A stretch of 62,261 bases of DNA, filler included, from Choristocarpus tenellus KU-1152 (taxonomy: Eukaryota; Protista; Phaeophyceae), in the NCBI GenBank assembly GCA_964200185.2. It is 11 parts of 11 records of this genome, joined end to end, with 100 filler letters (N's around TTAATTAATTAA, not from the genome) between each part and the next. Parts side by side here need not be neighbours in the genome. Positions count along the whole stretch, not along the records: positions 1 to 4,174 come from CAXNAD020015848.1; positions 4,275 to 11,941 come from CAXNAD020005783.1; 9 more parts are not named here. One strand, given 5' to 3'. Shown piece after piece: positions 1-12,041 of this stretch. Position 1 is the first letter of the stretch, and the number at the start of each line of letters is the position of its first letter. Below the pieces are notes generated by a model, which was not told the origin of the DNA, did no database searches, and saw nothing but the letters and a program-made list of their open reading frames with translations. The translations under genes were made by a program, and so were the position numbers.

Positions 1-24
1 CTCCCCCCCAAGATACTTTGACCC
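1..24 (+). mobile_element. MITE family A-like terminus at the window edge
   Basis: CCCCCCAAGATACTTTGACCC, a variant of the family A TIR; its reverse complement begins at 4126. Confidence 0.7.
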
Positions 25-342
25 AATGATGAACCTGATGACCTCGCCCAAGGTGAGGCTGGAGCTTTTATCACGGCCCCGTGGGTCCCAAGTGGTGATA
101 TGCGACATGCTACTGAAGTGGATACCAACGAGATACATACGCAACTCAGTCACTGCCATAAGGCGATGTTACGTAGGTATGCCAAGGATAGTTGAGTTTT
201 CTTAATTTGGGAGTGGCAACAATACTGCAAGGGGTGCGATAATGGCAAGACTCATTGGAAACCAGTACCCAAGGTAACAGAGAGGAAAATAGTCAACAGG
301 CGTGACTATGTTTCTGTTGCTGGGAACTTATTCTGTGTGTGT

Positions 343-501
343 GGGGGGTCTACACCAGGGTGTCCTTTTGGCCCATGACCACCAGGAAAAGTGCACCTAC
401 GTTATCCATCCGATGTATGCAACCAAATCACCCAAAAAATCGCGACATGAAAAAATTGACCCCAAATGGACAGCCACCACCCCCCCCAGATACTTTGAGC
501 C
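343..501 (+). mobile_element. MITE family A, 5'-truncated copy
   Basis: Matches 2606-2945 (TACACCAGGGTGTCC...GCAACCAAATCACCCAAAA..CGCGACATGAAAAAATTG...CAGATACTTTGAGCC). Confidence 0.85.
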
Positions 502-2605
502 ATACATACCCCAGCATGGTGCTGTGAAGCAACTATGCTTACCAGGCGGCTTCCAAGACAAATACGACCTTTGACTTGACTTATCAAGATGCTTGCTCAT
601 CACAATCCACATACGTTTGCTCTGAATCCTCCTTGAGATCTGATTGCAACTGATGTTGATACATAATACCCCTTCTCCATCCACGATATATAGGGTCGAA
701 GAGAGTGAACCCGAGTGAAACAACCCCTCCACTATCATGTGTGACAATGACCAACACGATTGTGCCGGAACATATAATAATCAACAAAGGTATTATATCC
801 AAGTGTGAAAGTAACTAATAGCGTGTCATGCAGGTTAACATTGGGATAAGAAGGCAGTAACATGAAACACAAAAATTGTAAAAGTCTTGAAAACATATTT
901 TAACATCCAGTAAACAACATTGAGAACCCTGTCGAGAAATCTGACCCAATTGGACGCACTACTTATTTCGGAAGGAAACAGGGTGATGCCAAAACATAGG
1001 TAGGGATCTGAGCCCAATACAAGGAGGGAGTACCTTCGTGAATAAGAGGGGCACATATATTTTTGTGGTACGCCTGGAATGTGCACGCCTCCAGAAATTA
1101 TCAAACAAAACAGCAAAGCTGGAAAACTGCTGTCAAAATATATTCTCCCTTTGATTGGTCTTTTGACGAACTACCCCCGAACGGGATTGGCAGTCAGACA
1201 GGTAAAGCCCATCATAGCTGAACCTACATCCCCCGCCCCCGAAGGTTATCGAAAAATACACTGGAGTATATTATTAACGATCATATTGACATATATCAGT
1301 TGCTTGCATAAACAATACAATTCAAGATGGTACAAGCTACTCTTCAAAGAAAATCGAACACCAAGCAACACTAAGTGTTACAGGCGATATGCTGTGAAGG
1401 TAAGCTTTCGGGGGCGCCTGTAACATAAGATCTTAGGAAGCTAATGCGATACACTACCTTCTTAAAGAGAAACAAGGACTGTGAACAAATCCCCCCCCAA
1501 AACGTATTTTACACAAACAACCGTGGCAAACTGCAAACAGGCAGGCAGCTTCATGCCTTCAAGGGCACACACGAGTGGCTGCCACTGGTAAGTGTCAAAG
1601 GTTTATGTTTCCCTTTTTTTTAGTGGATTCCAAGTGTGTGACGCTTCCTTTCCAAGTCAGGTCTAAACCATTCTGACCTTGTCCTACTCCCCAACAGGAT
1701 CGAAAAAACAAAGCCGGCATGACTAACTAGAGCATTAGTAATTCTATGCTTTATGGCGTGGATGCTGTACAAGTAGTTGTAACTCGCGCAATATATTTAG
1801 ACTGGTAATACTATAGACACGGAGGAGTAGAGTGTCTTCACCGAACCACAACCTTTTGTGGGACCTGTGATTCTATGCCCCAAAGTCTAAGCACACGTCT
1901 GCTGAGCCACTGTCCACTCTGGTGCCATGGTAAGGAGGATCAGGACAAGAGAGGAAGAAAGAGAGAGAGAGATCACTCCATTGAATCAGTACACCAGCTG
2001 CGACCGATCATCATACCGATGCATGTACAAATGTACAGGAGGAACGTATGTACATGTAAATGTCGATGTCTGCATTGTATTGCTGTACGAAAAGCTGTTT
2101 CTATCAATTTGGCCTGTTTGTATTTTTACTTAAAGATATGAGATGTGACCATTAAATCGATTACTACAGCATAAAATAATACTCCGAGAGTACATGAACA
2201 AAGTAACATGGGCTTTTTGTTATACCACCCTGGCGTCAGAACTGCGACGTTTTCTTGGGTCTATATTAGTAGTGTTGTGCGAGTTATGGATCATAGGAGG
2301 AGCAAAACACTATTTGATTGTTGACTGAAAGCAATTTTGATCGCCATAACACAACAAGTGCTGTATGACAGTCCCTCAGGAGGTGCTGTAAGATGTCCGA
2401 TTTATCACAGTCACAACTTTAAACGAAATTTGACAAAGTCTCAATGCAGTGGCGTCATTGAATACCTTTGGAATGCTCTATAGAGCTCTATTTACAGTGT
2501 GTAAGGAAGTTTGACTTCCTGAATCTCCTGTCAAGATCTATGTGGGCGGCATGTTGCAAGTCTCTCAGGTTTCTTACTTCATTCCAATCACCACACCCCA
2601 CTTCA

Positions 2606-2945
2606 GACCCAAAGTATCTGGGGGGGGAGGGAAGCCTACACCAGGGTGTCCATTTGGGGCAAAGTCAGGAAAAGTGCACTTACATTATCCGTCCGACGTA
2701 TGCAACCAAATCACCCAAAATTCGCGACATGAAAAAATTGGCCCCAAATGGACAGCCGTCACCCCCCCCCCCCCGAACCTTAAAGCCTTCACCCCAAGGA
2801 TCCCCCACACCATTTCAGCATTGACCTTTCTGCCCACCTATGGTAANNNNNNNNNNGTATGCAACCAAATCACCCAAAATTCGCGACATGAAAAAATTGG
2901 CCCCAAATGGACACCCGTCCCCCCCCCCCCCAGATACTTTGAGCC
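2606..2945 (+). mobile_element. MITE family A, full-length copy (~180 bp; 3' half written twice across the 10-N gap)
   Basis: TIRs GACCCAAAGTATCTGGGGGGG / CCCCCCCAGATACTTTGAGCC; 4-bp TSD TTCA at 2602-2605 and 2946-2949. Confidence 0.9.
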
Positions 2946-2966
2946 TTCAGCACAAGGATGCCTCAC

Positions 2967-3600
2967 TTCATTTCAGCATTGAGCTTTCTGCTCAGCTCTG
3001 TGAAGCTGTACGGCAAGTCAGGCAGATCAACACAACCTCGGAGACTTCCTCTGGACCTAAGACTATGGCATTGAGGTAGAACAAAGAATGGATCTCTCTT
3101 CTTCATTTCTACCATCCCTGCCACAGTTTCAGTCAACACCGGCAGTGAAGTACATTCTTGGAGCAGTATCTTTGCCAAAAGGTCATGAATTTGCGAAGGG
3201 TTCCCTACTGGTTGGTTTTGTTGCTGGTCTGGCGGTGATGCATCCACTGCACTTTGGAGGACACCCTCAGTCACAGATGAAGGTTGCTCCTGTTCCACCT
3301 CCTGCTGTTGTCTTGTCAGTCCTTGTGGGAACATTGTATCGGGGCACGACACGCTCCTCCCTCCAATTCCATCGGAGAGACTTGCTTTCCAAATATGCTC
3401 TACTGCTAGTTGATCCTCATCAATAGTAGTGGAGTCAGTGCTGACCGTAGCTATTGAGCTCCCAATCGAGGGCTGATAGTTGGATTCTGCATGGAGTGCT
3501 GAATACCGATCAGATTTAGGCAACCTCTGAAGAAGGTTAGATGAGGAAGGGTGTGTTGGTCGGGCAGGGATGTAGTTGGGAATCATTCTTAAGCAGTTTT
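2967..3600 (-). CDS. Putative internal exon of an unknown protein (5' boundary approximate)
   Basis: Long open frame (part of ORF 2963..3892), Ser/Gln-rich, ending ...DLPDLPYSFTELSRKLNAEM at a good donor AA|GTGAGG; the ORF's nominal start lies inside a MITE. Confidence 0.45.
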
Positions 3601-3832
3601 TGATGGGGGGAAAGTATGCCGTCATGTTTCTGAGGTGGGATCCGTGCACACTGTGCTTAATTGAAGCATTGCAGGACTTGTAAAAAAAGTAATTCAAGAT
3701 GAAAATTGAAGCATTGTCAGAGGGATTACTACTATGTAGTACTTTTCTGTTAGTGCTCTCCTTACAAATGCCTCTATCCCCTTGAGCTGGCATAATCAAG
3801 GATTGAATCTGTGTCAGAGAAGCCACAATGCT

Positions 3833-4086
3833 GAGTGGAAGTATCTTAGAGGATATTTTCCCTGTTTGTCCATTTGGGGCTTGGCTTCCCACGGGTTTTT
3901 TATTACATTTTACCTACTCCAAAATGTTGCGGAGTATGTAAAATGTATACATTATGAAAAGATGTGTTCGGAAAAAGGATATTGACATCTCCTAACAAAC
4001 ATGATTGCCAAAATTCCATCAAAATTCCAACTTTGGATTTTGGCCCCCAAATGGACGTGGCTCTACCCTTTAAGATACTTTGACCC
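3833..4086 (-). mobile_element. MITE family B (~255 bp)
   Basis: Termini GAGTGGAAGTATCTTAGAGG / TACCCTTTAAGATACTTTGACCC; reverse-complement match to 37357-37613; flanks TGCT/CGCT (3 of 4 matching). Confidence 0.88.
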
Positions 4087-4125
4087 CGCTCTTAGTGAGT
4101 ATCGAGTAATTCTTGAAACAGATGG

Positions 4126-4174
4126 GGGTCAAAGTATCTTGGGGGGGAGTGTCGGCGTCCGTTTTTCACCCTTT
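4126..4174 (+). mobile_element. MITE family A-like terminus at contig end
   Basis: GGGTCAAAGTATCTTGGGGGGG. Confidence 0.7.
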
Positions 4175-4274
4175 NNNNNNNNNNNNNNNNNNNNNNNNNN
4201 NNNNNNNNNNNNNNNNNNTTAATTAATTAANNNNNNNNNNNNNNNNNNNNNNNNNNNNNNNNNNNNNNNNNNNN
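4175..4274. other. Artificial contig spacer (44N-TTAATTAATTAA-44N); identical spacers at 11942-12041, 18660-18759, 22986-23085, 28159-28258, 31409-31508, 38560-38659, 45594-45693, 49941-50040, 54263-54362
   Basis: Ten identical 100-nt N-padded linkers carrying the six-frame stop sequence TTAATTAATTAA. Confidence 0.99.
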
Positions 4275-5774
4275 AGAGAGAAAAGAGAAAACGACGCCCG
4301 CCCCCCCCCCCCCCCCCCCCCCCCCCAGTTACTTTGACCCTAGTAGCAACCCTTATTCCCCCATATGGTCCTGGGTTACAACATATCTTAACAACAAATG
4401 GAAAGGAGGAGTTCACACCAGTTTCCTACAGTATGCGGGCATGTACACATTGGTTATCTCCCTCTGAATTCTTCCAGCTACTCCAGACGGAGCCAACCTG
4501 GTCAGCAAATTCCTTCAGCTTTGGGAGCCTTTTGTTGAGAAACTTGGCGCATGCAAGGCTCGTCGCCAAAAGTTAGTAGTTGAGTTATGTGGTAAAAAAA
4601 ACACTGAATATTTATTATCTACTGGGTATTGTCCACTGGGTGTCCAATATCACTATATTACTGCTATTGTCCCACTATACCATTTGTAATGGCCCATTGG
4701 CCCACTTATCGTACCGCTGAGCACGTCACTACTTTGTATAGTACCGAACTAAAGATATACGTACATAAAACCCATGTTATATATTTGTATCAGCACAGAT
4801 AACGTAAGGATAACACTAGGTTATTCGACACCCTTATTCACCGCTGTCGTAGCAGCGCATGTGGGGAAGGGTGATGAAACAGTGGACTGTGATGAGGAAG
4901 TTTCTCGTACATATATGCTTTATCTGAACTGTACGATACATGACGTGCAATCCCGTACCTCCCAAGTATGTGTAGGAATATGATTAGATCATAAACACTT
5001 GAATTAATTGCCCACAGTCGTTAGCAGAAGCATGTCTAGTTTTAACGCAAGGTGCACTTGCATATCTGGCGTTTTGCATTGTTCGGAGTCAGCCCTTGGC
5101 CATTATGTTTATGTATGCTTTCGTCCACTCTATAAGTCGCTTCTCCTTTTTTATGTCTTTCACGCCTTCCTTCACGGACAGGGTAGCGTACACGATTGGT
5201 ACGGCCTGAAGGGCCTTTAGGACATGTGTGGATGTGGGGAGACTTTGTAGTCTCCCTTCCCTGTAGTCGAGATCAGATTGAAGAACTTCTCCCGTCCCTG
5301 CACTATCTTTTCATCACATTGTAAATGGGGCCTGAAAGGGGATTCCATCTTCCTCTTCTACCCAAGCGTAAAAAGCCATCTCTGAATAAGTTGATGTGTT
5401 AACTGGACGTGACCGAGAAGAAACTGATGAAGGGTAGGATCTCATCCAACGAACAGTCTCCTGTCTAGGGAATTTTGGGAGAAATGTGTGAGATCGTCCA
5501 ACAAAAGTTGAGAAAAATATTGCCTTGTGGTTTTGGTCAAGATTCTCGCTTTTCCCGGTCACGCTTTTCTTTCATACAATGAAGTCTAAATTCGAATGTT
5601 CTTGTATACCTGACATTCAAATAGTATCGTTTTTAGAGAGATACCTTTCACATTTTCAATTACTAATTACTTTTACACGGGTTCTTGTGATGTTGGTCTG
5701 GCTTTTCCCCAAACAAATCTACAAAATATCCAAAGCCATAACAAACATGTAAAGATACAGTAGCGTCGGAGAGA

Positions 5775-5927
5775 AAGGGGTTAGTCCAGAAAGAACACGA
5801 TATTCTGGATAAGAAGTGAGCTTACACTATCCATCTGACGCATGCAGCCAAATCACCCAAATATCGCGAAATGGAAAAATGAACCCTGAATGGACAGCCA
5901 TCACCCCCCCGCCAGATACTTTGATCC
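5775..5927 (+). mobile_element. MITE family A, diverged copy
   Basis: GCAGCCAAATCACCCAAATATCGCG...CCAGATACTTTGATCC. Confidence 0.75.
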
Positions 5928-6036
5928 ATAAGAGAAATGAATAATATTTTATGAAATATCAGCAACATACAGCTTTTGCAGGATAGCTAGTGGGCACTCT
6001 CTCCACCCTCCTAGCAAGGCAACAAGGGCACATGAG

Positions 6037-6287
6037 GAAGCAAATCAATTGAGAGGTCGACAGGGTTGCATTGTAAGGATCCCGAGAAAGGGCAAAGTAC
6101 ATCATTTTGTACAATTGTAGAAGTAACCTATGCTTAATTGTAGTGTAACTCTCTCTGTATTTGGAATGGGGAAAGATCAATTTGCGCACACTGCTGTGCA
6201 CATAAATCAATGAAATTGCACAGGTTAAGAAAGATGGCTTAGAATGGAAAAGGTCCAGACCTCCCTACCTCTCTGTTGATTTGTTTC
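6037..6287 (-). mobile_element. MITE family C, diverged copy
   Basis: GGGTTGCATTGTAAGGATCCCGAGAAAGGG...GATGGCTTAGAATG...CCTACCTCTC is the reverse-complement homolog of 7164-7417. Confidence 0.75.
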
Positions 6288-6355
6288 TGGAGAGGTTTTC
6301 ACATGGGCCAGCTTTACGAGCCCCACAGTGTGGGGCATAGGACCGTCCGTCCTCA

Positions 6356-7516
6356 CCCTCCTCTCATCTGGAGTGCCTCCAGAAGACTTGGTGGGAATTT
6401 GTTGGCCAAGGCTGGGTAGCCTGGGGAGGAAAAGCAACTCTACCCCTGACCCAGAGGTTCACAGTCTAGCAACCCACAACTACAGGATCGCAGGAGGGCA
6501 CAACATGAGATCACCTGCCTCCCGAACATGATCCGGTTTGACTCGTTCCAGGAAAGCAATTGGCCAACCTCCCAAACAATGTAGAACAAGGGAGGAAGGT
6601 TCCTTGCTACCCCTAGCCCCGCCACCGGAATCAGTGTGGACAATGGGGCCAATTCATGGGCTTCCACATACCCCCCCAGATCCCTCTTGTAGAGGTTAGA
6701 CTCACTACTACCAGCACATCTCTAGGGATGGAAGAAGCCCTCTCCAACACGTGCCTGGTGGCTGGGTGCAGGAGCATAATATATCAACAGGAGGACAGGT
6801 CCCCTTCCCTCTACTGCAAGTGAAAGTAAACGAGAGGTACCCAGAGTTGCATTTTAAGGACGCTAGCAAATACAATTCAGCATTTTTTACAAGTGTGTGT
6901 ATCATATATTCCGAACTGTTTAAAAAAATGTCACACAATACAGAAACCAACCTTCTCAAAGTCAGACTTGGGACTACATCCATAGAAATATGATTGAATT
7001 GTAAAATATTGAAAAACTGTCTTACAATGCAAAACAGCCAAAGAGTGGGTACCTCTTGTTTCCTATGTGTATCCAACTCATCCAAAAGTTTCTGCTTGCT
7101 TTCCGAGGTGCACAAAACTTTCCACCACGAAATTGTTGAGGTTAAAACTACGAGGGTTCTTTTGAGCCAAACCAATCGAGGGGTAGGCAGATTTGGACCT
7201 TCTGCATTCTAAGCCATCTCTCTTTCCCTGCGCAATGCACTCTATTTGATTGCTTTGTGTACACACTAGATAATCCAAAATTGATATTCCCTCCTACACA
7301 CAATATAACATCAAAATTAAGTGAAAGCTCTTTCTGGAATTGTACAAAATTGTATCTATTACCCTTTCTCGGGATTCTTAAAATGCAACCCTTCCTACCT
7401 CTCAGTAGGTTCGGCTCTTTTGACCCCTTGTTGTTGGTGCTCTTTTGCTCCTCAGCTGCAGCAGACCACCCTACCTCATAATAATAAGGATTCATTATGC
7501 AGGGAACAGCTTCCAT
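6356..7516 (-). CDS. Possible exons of an unknown gene divergent from the sulfotransferase
   Basis: Splice-like sites flank short open frames (MEAVPCIMNPYYYE|GTAGGG; ~6723-6515; ~6420-6356), but I could not resolve one phase-consistent model. Confidence 0.25.
6818..7072 (-). mobile_element. MITE family D, diverged copy
   Basis: AAGTGAAAGTAAACGAGAGGTACCCAGAG ... GGGTACCTCTTGTTT is the reverse-complement homolog of 45065-45313. Confidence 0.75.
7164..7417 (+). mobile_element. MITE family C, full-length
   Basis: Imperfect TIRs GAGCCAAACCAATCGAGGGGTAGG / CCTACCTCTCAGTAGGTTCGGCTC; TSD TTTT on both sides; homologs at 6037, 29629, 43842. Confidence 0.88.
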
Positions 7517-7784
7517 AAACTTCGAGCTACGACTACGTTTCTTGGGTAAGAATTAGGAATTGGGAATGGATCCTACATCGTACTTCGATGTTCGTTCCTC
7601 TCACACCACATGCCAAATCATATCTAGCGCCGTTGGTATACCTACCTGCTACATGTATTGATATTGGAATGGAGGTTGTAGGATCTCAGTTCTTCAGGGA
7701 GTTCATGACCTTGCATGGGCAAGAGAAAATAAAGTTGAAGGATTGATGAACGTGTTCAACTGGCAGTGTGGTTGATTCTTACCG

Positions 7785-10700
7785 ATGAGGACTCCATGGT
7801 ATGTACTTCGAACACTCCTAATACTTATCGTCATCACATGTCTTCTGCCGCTGATCTTCTTCTGGCGGAGGACGCCCAACTCTTTGCTCTACACTGGTGA
7901 TAACTACGGAAGAGGAGACAGCCTCAACTCAACCAAGGACGAGTATCTTGATGGCAAGAGGTCTTCTGTGTTGGGATTCACAGGAATACCAGAACCCGCT
8001 CGAACAAATATCATCATTTCATCTTCGAAAGGTCATCGAGGGTACTTCCAGGAAGAGCCATCAATAGAGTCGATTCTCCCTGCAAACCTGGATCAATCAG
8101 ATGTTCCTAGTGTTTATGGTTACAAATCTAAGGAGTCGATGGTGTCTGCCCCGTCTCAGGTACCAACACATCTTCTTTGGGTTCGGATCCCCAAAACTGC
8201 ATCACATTCTTTCCAGGATATTATGAGCCGCAGTAGTTTCCCCGGCGCCAGAACAGACGTGTGCTTGCTGTGTCCCTACCAACCTAGCAAGGACACTAGA
8301 CCCCACTGCCCAGAGGCATGCCACCCTGACTGGGGACGACTGGTGTCGATGGTGGACAAGGCATATGGATCTACCCCTGGTCATGACTACGGTGTTTTGG
8401 CCTTCTTCCGAAATCCTGACCAGAGGGTATGGTCCGAGTTGAATCACATCCGGGCAAATCATCGTTGCTGCTGCCCTAGGTGAGGAACAAGTTAACTCTA
8501 CTGAAAAAAAAATAGTAGTATCGTCAGTTTGACATACATCAAACTGTTCCCTATTCGTGTCTTGCTTCTACCACTAAACGTCACTCTACCCGACCTCAAT
8601 GCTCCAGTTCCACAGCTAAATACTATAGGTATCGATTGTAACCACCACGATCTTGAGAGCTTCGATTCTTCGTTTTGGTGACTTTTTTTCTTGCGATATT
8701 CTTGCGATATTCAATCGGAAGGCGATGGGAATGCCTCCCCTGTCCCTGTGGTCCATACCTTGCAGTACAAAGCTTCCCTTTCTCAGTCATTTTCCATCGT
8801 CTGTTGAAAGGAGGCATTTGGACTTTTAATATTTCAAATACCGTGCACTGTGGCCCTCCATCTCTTGTTGACTAGTTTCTTCTGACTCGTGCAGCGAGAG
8901 AGCATCCCCTCAGAGGTCCTTCTTTTGGACAGTAGGCTAGGACCCCCTCTCACCCCAGGCCCATTGTCATTGGGACAGTGTTTTGAACTCAAGCCATTTG
9001 ATAGCCGTTTGAAGTTTCATATGTAGAGGCTTTGATCTTTAGGTAACAGGATGTGTTGTGTTTCCCAGTTGATTTGAGGTAAATACAGGGGGGAAACATT
9101 AAAATAGGACTACAAATAGATGGACTTAAGTGCGTGTGATGATTTTACACAGGGTTTTTGTGGCACAACCATGACGTGGTCTTACCTGCTGTTGCCAACA
9201 CCTAACAATGTTTATTTTGTGTGACGCGTCTCATTCATCTTTCTAAGTACAAACAAAAGCTGGGGAGTGCCCACCAATCAGGGGATACCCTTCCCCCAGA
9301 AGAATGAAAAACAACGCCATTCAAACCTGCAGATTGTTTCTTCTTTGTATAGTTGTAGTTAAGACCAGTTCCGGCAATTTCTTTCACCTCCAATTATGTA
9401 AAAGATATCGGTTATGCTCAATTACGCAATGCTGACACCATTGAGAGGAGTGGGTGTGAAGCTGGGTCACTCAATGTCTACCTGCCTATCAATGGACTCT
9501 CTTCCCTTCCCCCCCGTCCCTCCTTTAAAGGTTCTGCTGGGCCAGGGCGGAGTACAAGTTGTGGTGCAGGGGCAAAGGAAAATGCACTCTGGCTCACTTC
9601 TTGAAGGCTAACCTTCCCTGCAATGAATGGAACAAGATGACTAGACTGGTTCGTTTTTTTCAGCAAGCTATTTTTTTTTCCCCGTTTTTCCATCCAACCT
9701 CGAAGAGGGAAAGAAGTGGCGCCCCTAACCCTTTACTTTTTTCCTTTTTTTTCACACTTTTTTTTTTGTGGATTGAAGTCATATCTACGAATGCAACAAA
9801 GGGCGATGTTTAAACTAATGCAGAGCAGCGGTGTAGTTCGTTCGGCAAAATGGTTGAGTCTGTTCCTACAGACGAAAAAATACATACATGCATATACATT
9901 ATTTTTTTTTTTTCACCAAAACGGAACATGAAGCCTACTTTTTTTCTGCATTTTTTTTTTTTGGGTACGAGTGAATTATTTATTATTTTTTGCCCAACGT
10001 TTTTGTGAGACCTGTCTGTAACAATCCGCCCTCGCCACCCATGGTGTGTGTCCCCTGGACGACACGGGCCTCCGGGTATTTTTGAGAGCAGGTAGCGGGA
10101 AGCGGTGGGGAGGGTTCGCACTGGGAAGATTGGCGTACAAAGTGGTCCACAGAGAGGGAGCTGCTGTCTGCGGCTGAAGCCAACCTCCGGAAGATGGTGT
10201 TCTTTGGTTTCACAGAGCGGTTTGAAGAGTCGCTGGTGCTTTACAAGCGTATGTTAGGGGCCAGGTGCGGAGTGGTGGGTTCTGTTGGTGTGGGTCACCC
10301 TGCTCGCGAGTGTACTGATAATAATAACATAGTTACAAGTGTGCTGGAAGATGAGGTGGAATATATATTTATGTGTGTATGTGTTACGAATAGCTTGTAG
10401 TGTGGATTTTGATAAAGAAATCCATCCGTTGCCGTCTGTAGTGAAGGGATTTTGATTCTTTTGGAAGGCGGTGGATTTGGGTTGGAAATTTTTTAACCTG
10501 TGAGCTTCCTTTTTGGTCTGTTGTGACCTCGCACCTCGGCCTGTTTTTAAAATGCCTTTGCATTTAGAGGTAACTTGGGGGTCGTAATGTAGGGAAAGAT
10601 AGCATCACAGCATGATCTTTGGTCCCTTCTTTCACAGCGGAGGGCTGCAGAGTGTTTGAGCTTGTCCCTCTCTATAGGTTGTACTTGTAGATATATCTGC

Positions 10701-11125
10701 GCCACTGCAGTTGGCTGTAGAGGGGCCAGATTGAAGGCACTAAATAGGAGATGACAGTCCAGATATATCTGCACCAAAAAAGGTTTTTATCACTTCTTTC
10801 TACTGTTGGAGATGGGGAGAATACCAGATGTTTACTTGTAGGTTTTCTTTCACCTAGAAGTAGGTGCTTTCACAAGATTGGAGCAATAAGTAGTGGATGG
10901 CACAACCTAGTTTGAAGGAAACGATCTTCATCCCAGATTGGACCTGCCATTCACCCCCCCCCCTGCTCATTGTACCCTCCTTGTCCTTTGTTCACATCCT
11001 CCCCCCTGGTCTAGCTTTCCCTTCTATATCAACTCATATGAATCGAATCGATCCCACCGAAAGAAGCTCCCTGACCTGGATCAGTTGGATCCTGAGGACC
11101 AGGCGGCCCTTAAAGAGGCCAACAG
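7785..11125 (+). CDS. Golgi type-II membrane carbohydrate sulfotransferase (Sulfotransfer_2 / HS6ST-like); exons 7785-8479, 9531-9648, 10092-10264, 11015-11125; 3' end missing
   Basis: N-terminal signal anchor (LLILIVITCLLPLIFFWRR); 5'-PSB motif WVRIPKTASHSF; 3'-PB motif FFRNPDQRVWSELNH; NKMTRLVAG; AEANLRKMVFFGFTERFEESL; ALKEAN; all GT-AG junctions in phase (2/0/2). Confidence 0.88.
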
Positions 11126-12041
11126 GTGAGATTCCAAAGTAGGACCCTGTAACTTTCCATTATGTACAGTAGCAATAATCTAGAGTTGGCTGTTTTTTAA
11201 CCTCTGCTTGGGAGAGTTGGGTCAGTCTATCTTCCATCGAGCAGCATCCTGTTTTCAGCCTCATTTGCTGGGATCCTGGTGCAATCCCCTTGGAAATTGA
11301 AAACTGGTGTGATGGGAACCTCATTGGATATATGGGGAAGGCCATACAATGGGTTGTGTCTTGAAGAAATTAAATGATTGCTAGTGCTGTCCTGGGGTTG
11401 AAGATTGTTGGCGCTTGTTTTGTATTATGTGCTAGTTGATTCAGCCTGTTACATGTGATAGCTCTAAATTGAGCTGGGGTGATCATCATACATACAGATT
11501 TTGATATATTCCGAGCATTCAACAGGAAGTAGGTGTTTGAAATGAATGCCCCACATTGGAATGCCCCACAGGTGCCCTCTGTACAGGTGACACTGTTTTT
11601 CTCTTTATTTTTTTCTGATAAAATAAAAATGAGGCATATTATCACTACGTAAATGCAGTATGGTCCTAAAAGCCATGCTTTCTTTGTCTGTTTTAGCCTG
11701 ATAGAAAGAAGAAACCATGTATTAACATTTTTTTTTTTGTAGCATTGTGCAAACATAGATGAACAGGGTTTTCAAAATTGTTTTTTGAAGGCATGAAGAG
11801 AAGTAGACTGGAACATGCACAATTTCTTCCCTTAATTTTTAGAGTCTGTCCCCCCCCCCCAAATATATATATATATATGTCATTGCACCAAGCTGAATGG
11901 ATTATATTGATGGGTAGGTGGAATCTTATTTTATGTGAATGNNNNNNNNNNNNNNNNNNNNNNNNNNNNNNNNNNNNNNNNNNNNTTAATTAATTAANNN
12001 NNNNNNNNNNNNNNNNNNNNNNNNNNNNNNNNNNNNNNNNN

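Noticed and set aside
302-574. Family of similar short ORFs (YATKSPK/RHEKI; MGAKIQCCDFDV at 37393 and 49601; PFLGILKMQPFL at 7257 and 29337)
   Set aside because: These are incidental translations of MITE families A, B and C, with frames not conserved between copies
2697-3005. Tandem duplication of a MITE half plus flank
   Set aside because: The copies straddle a 10-N gap and the first degrades right after a poly-C run, typical of unmerged overlapping reads
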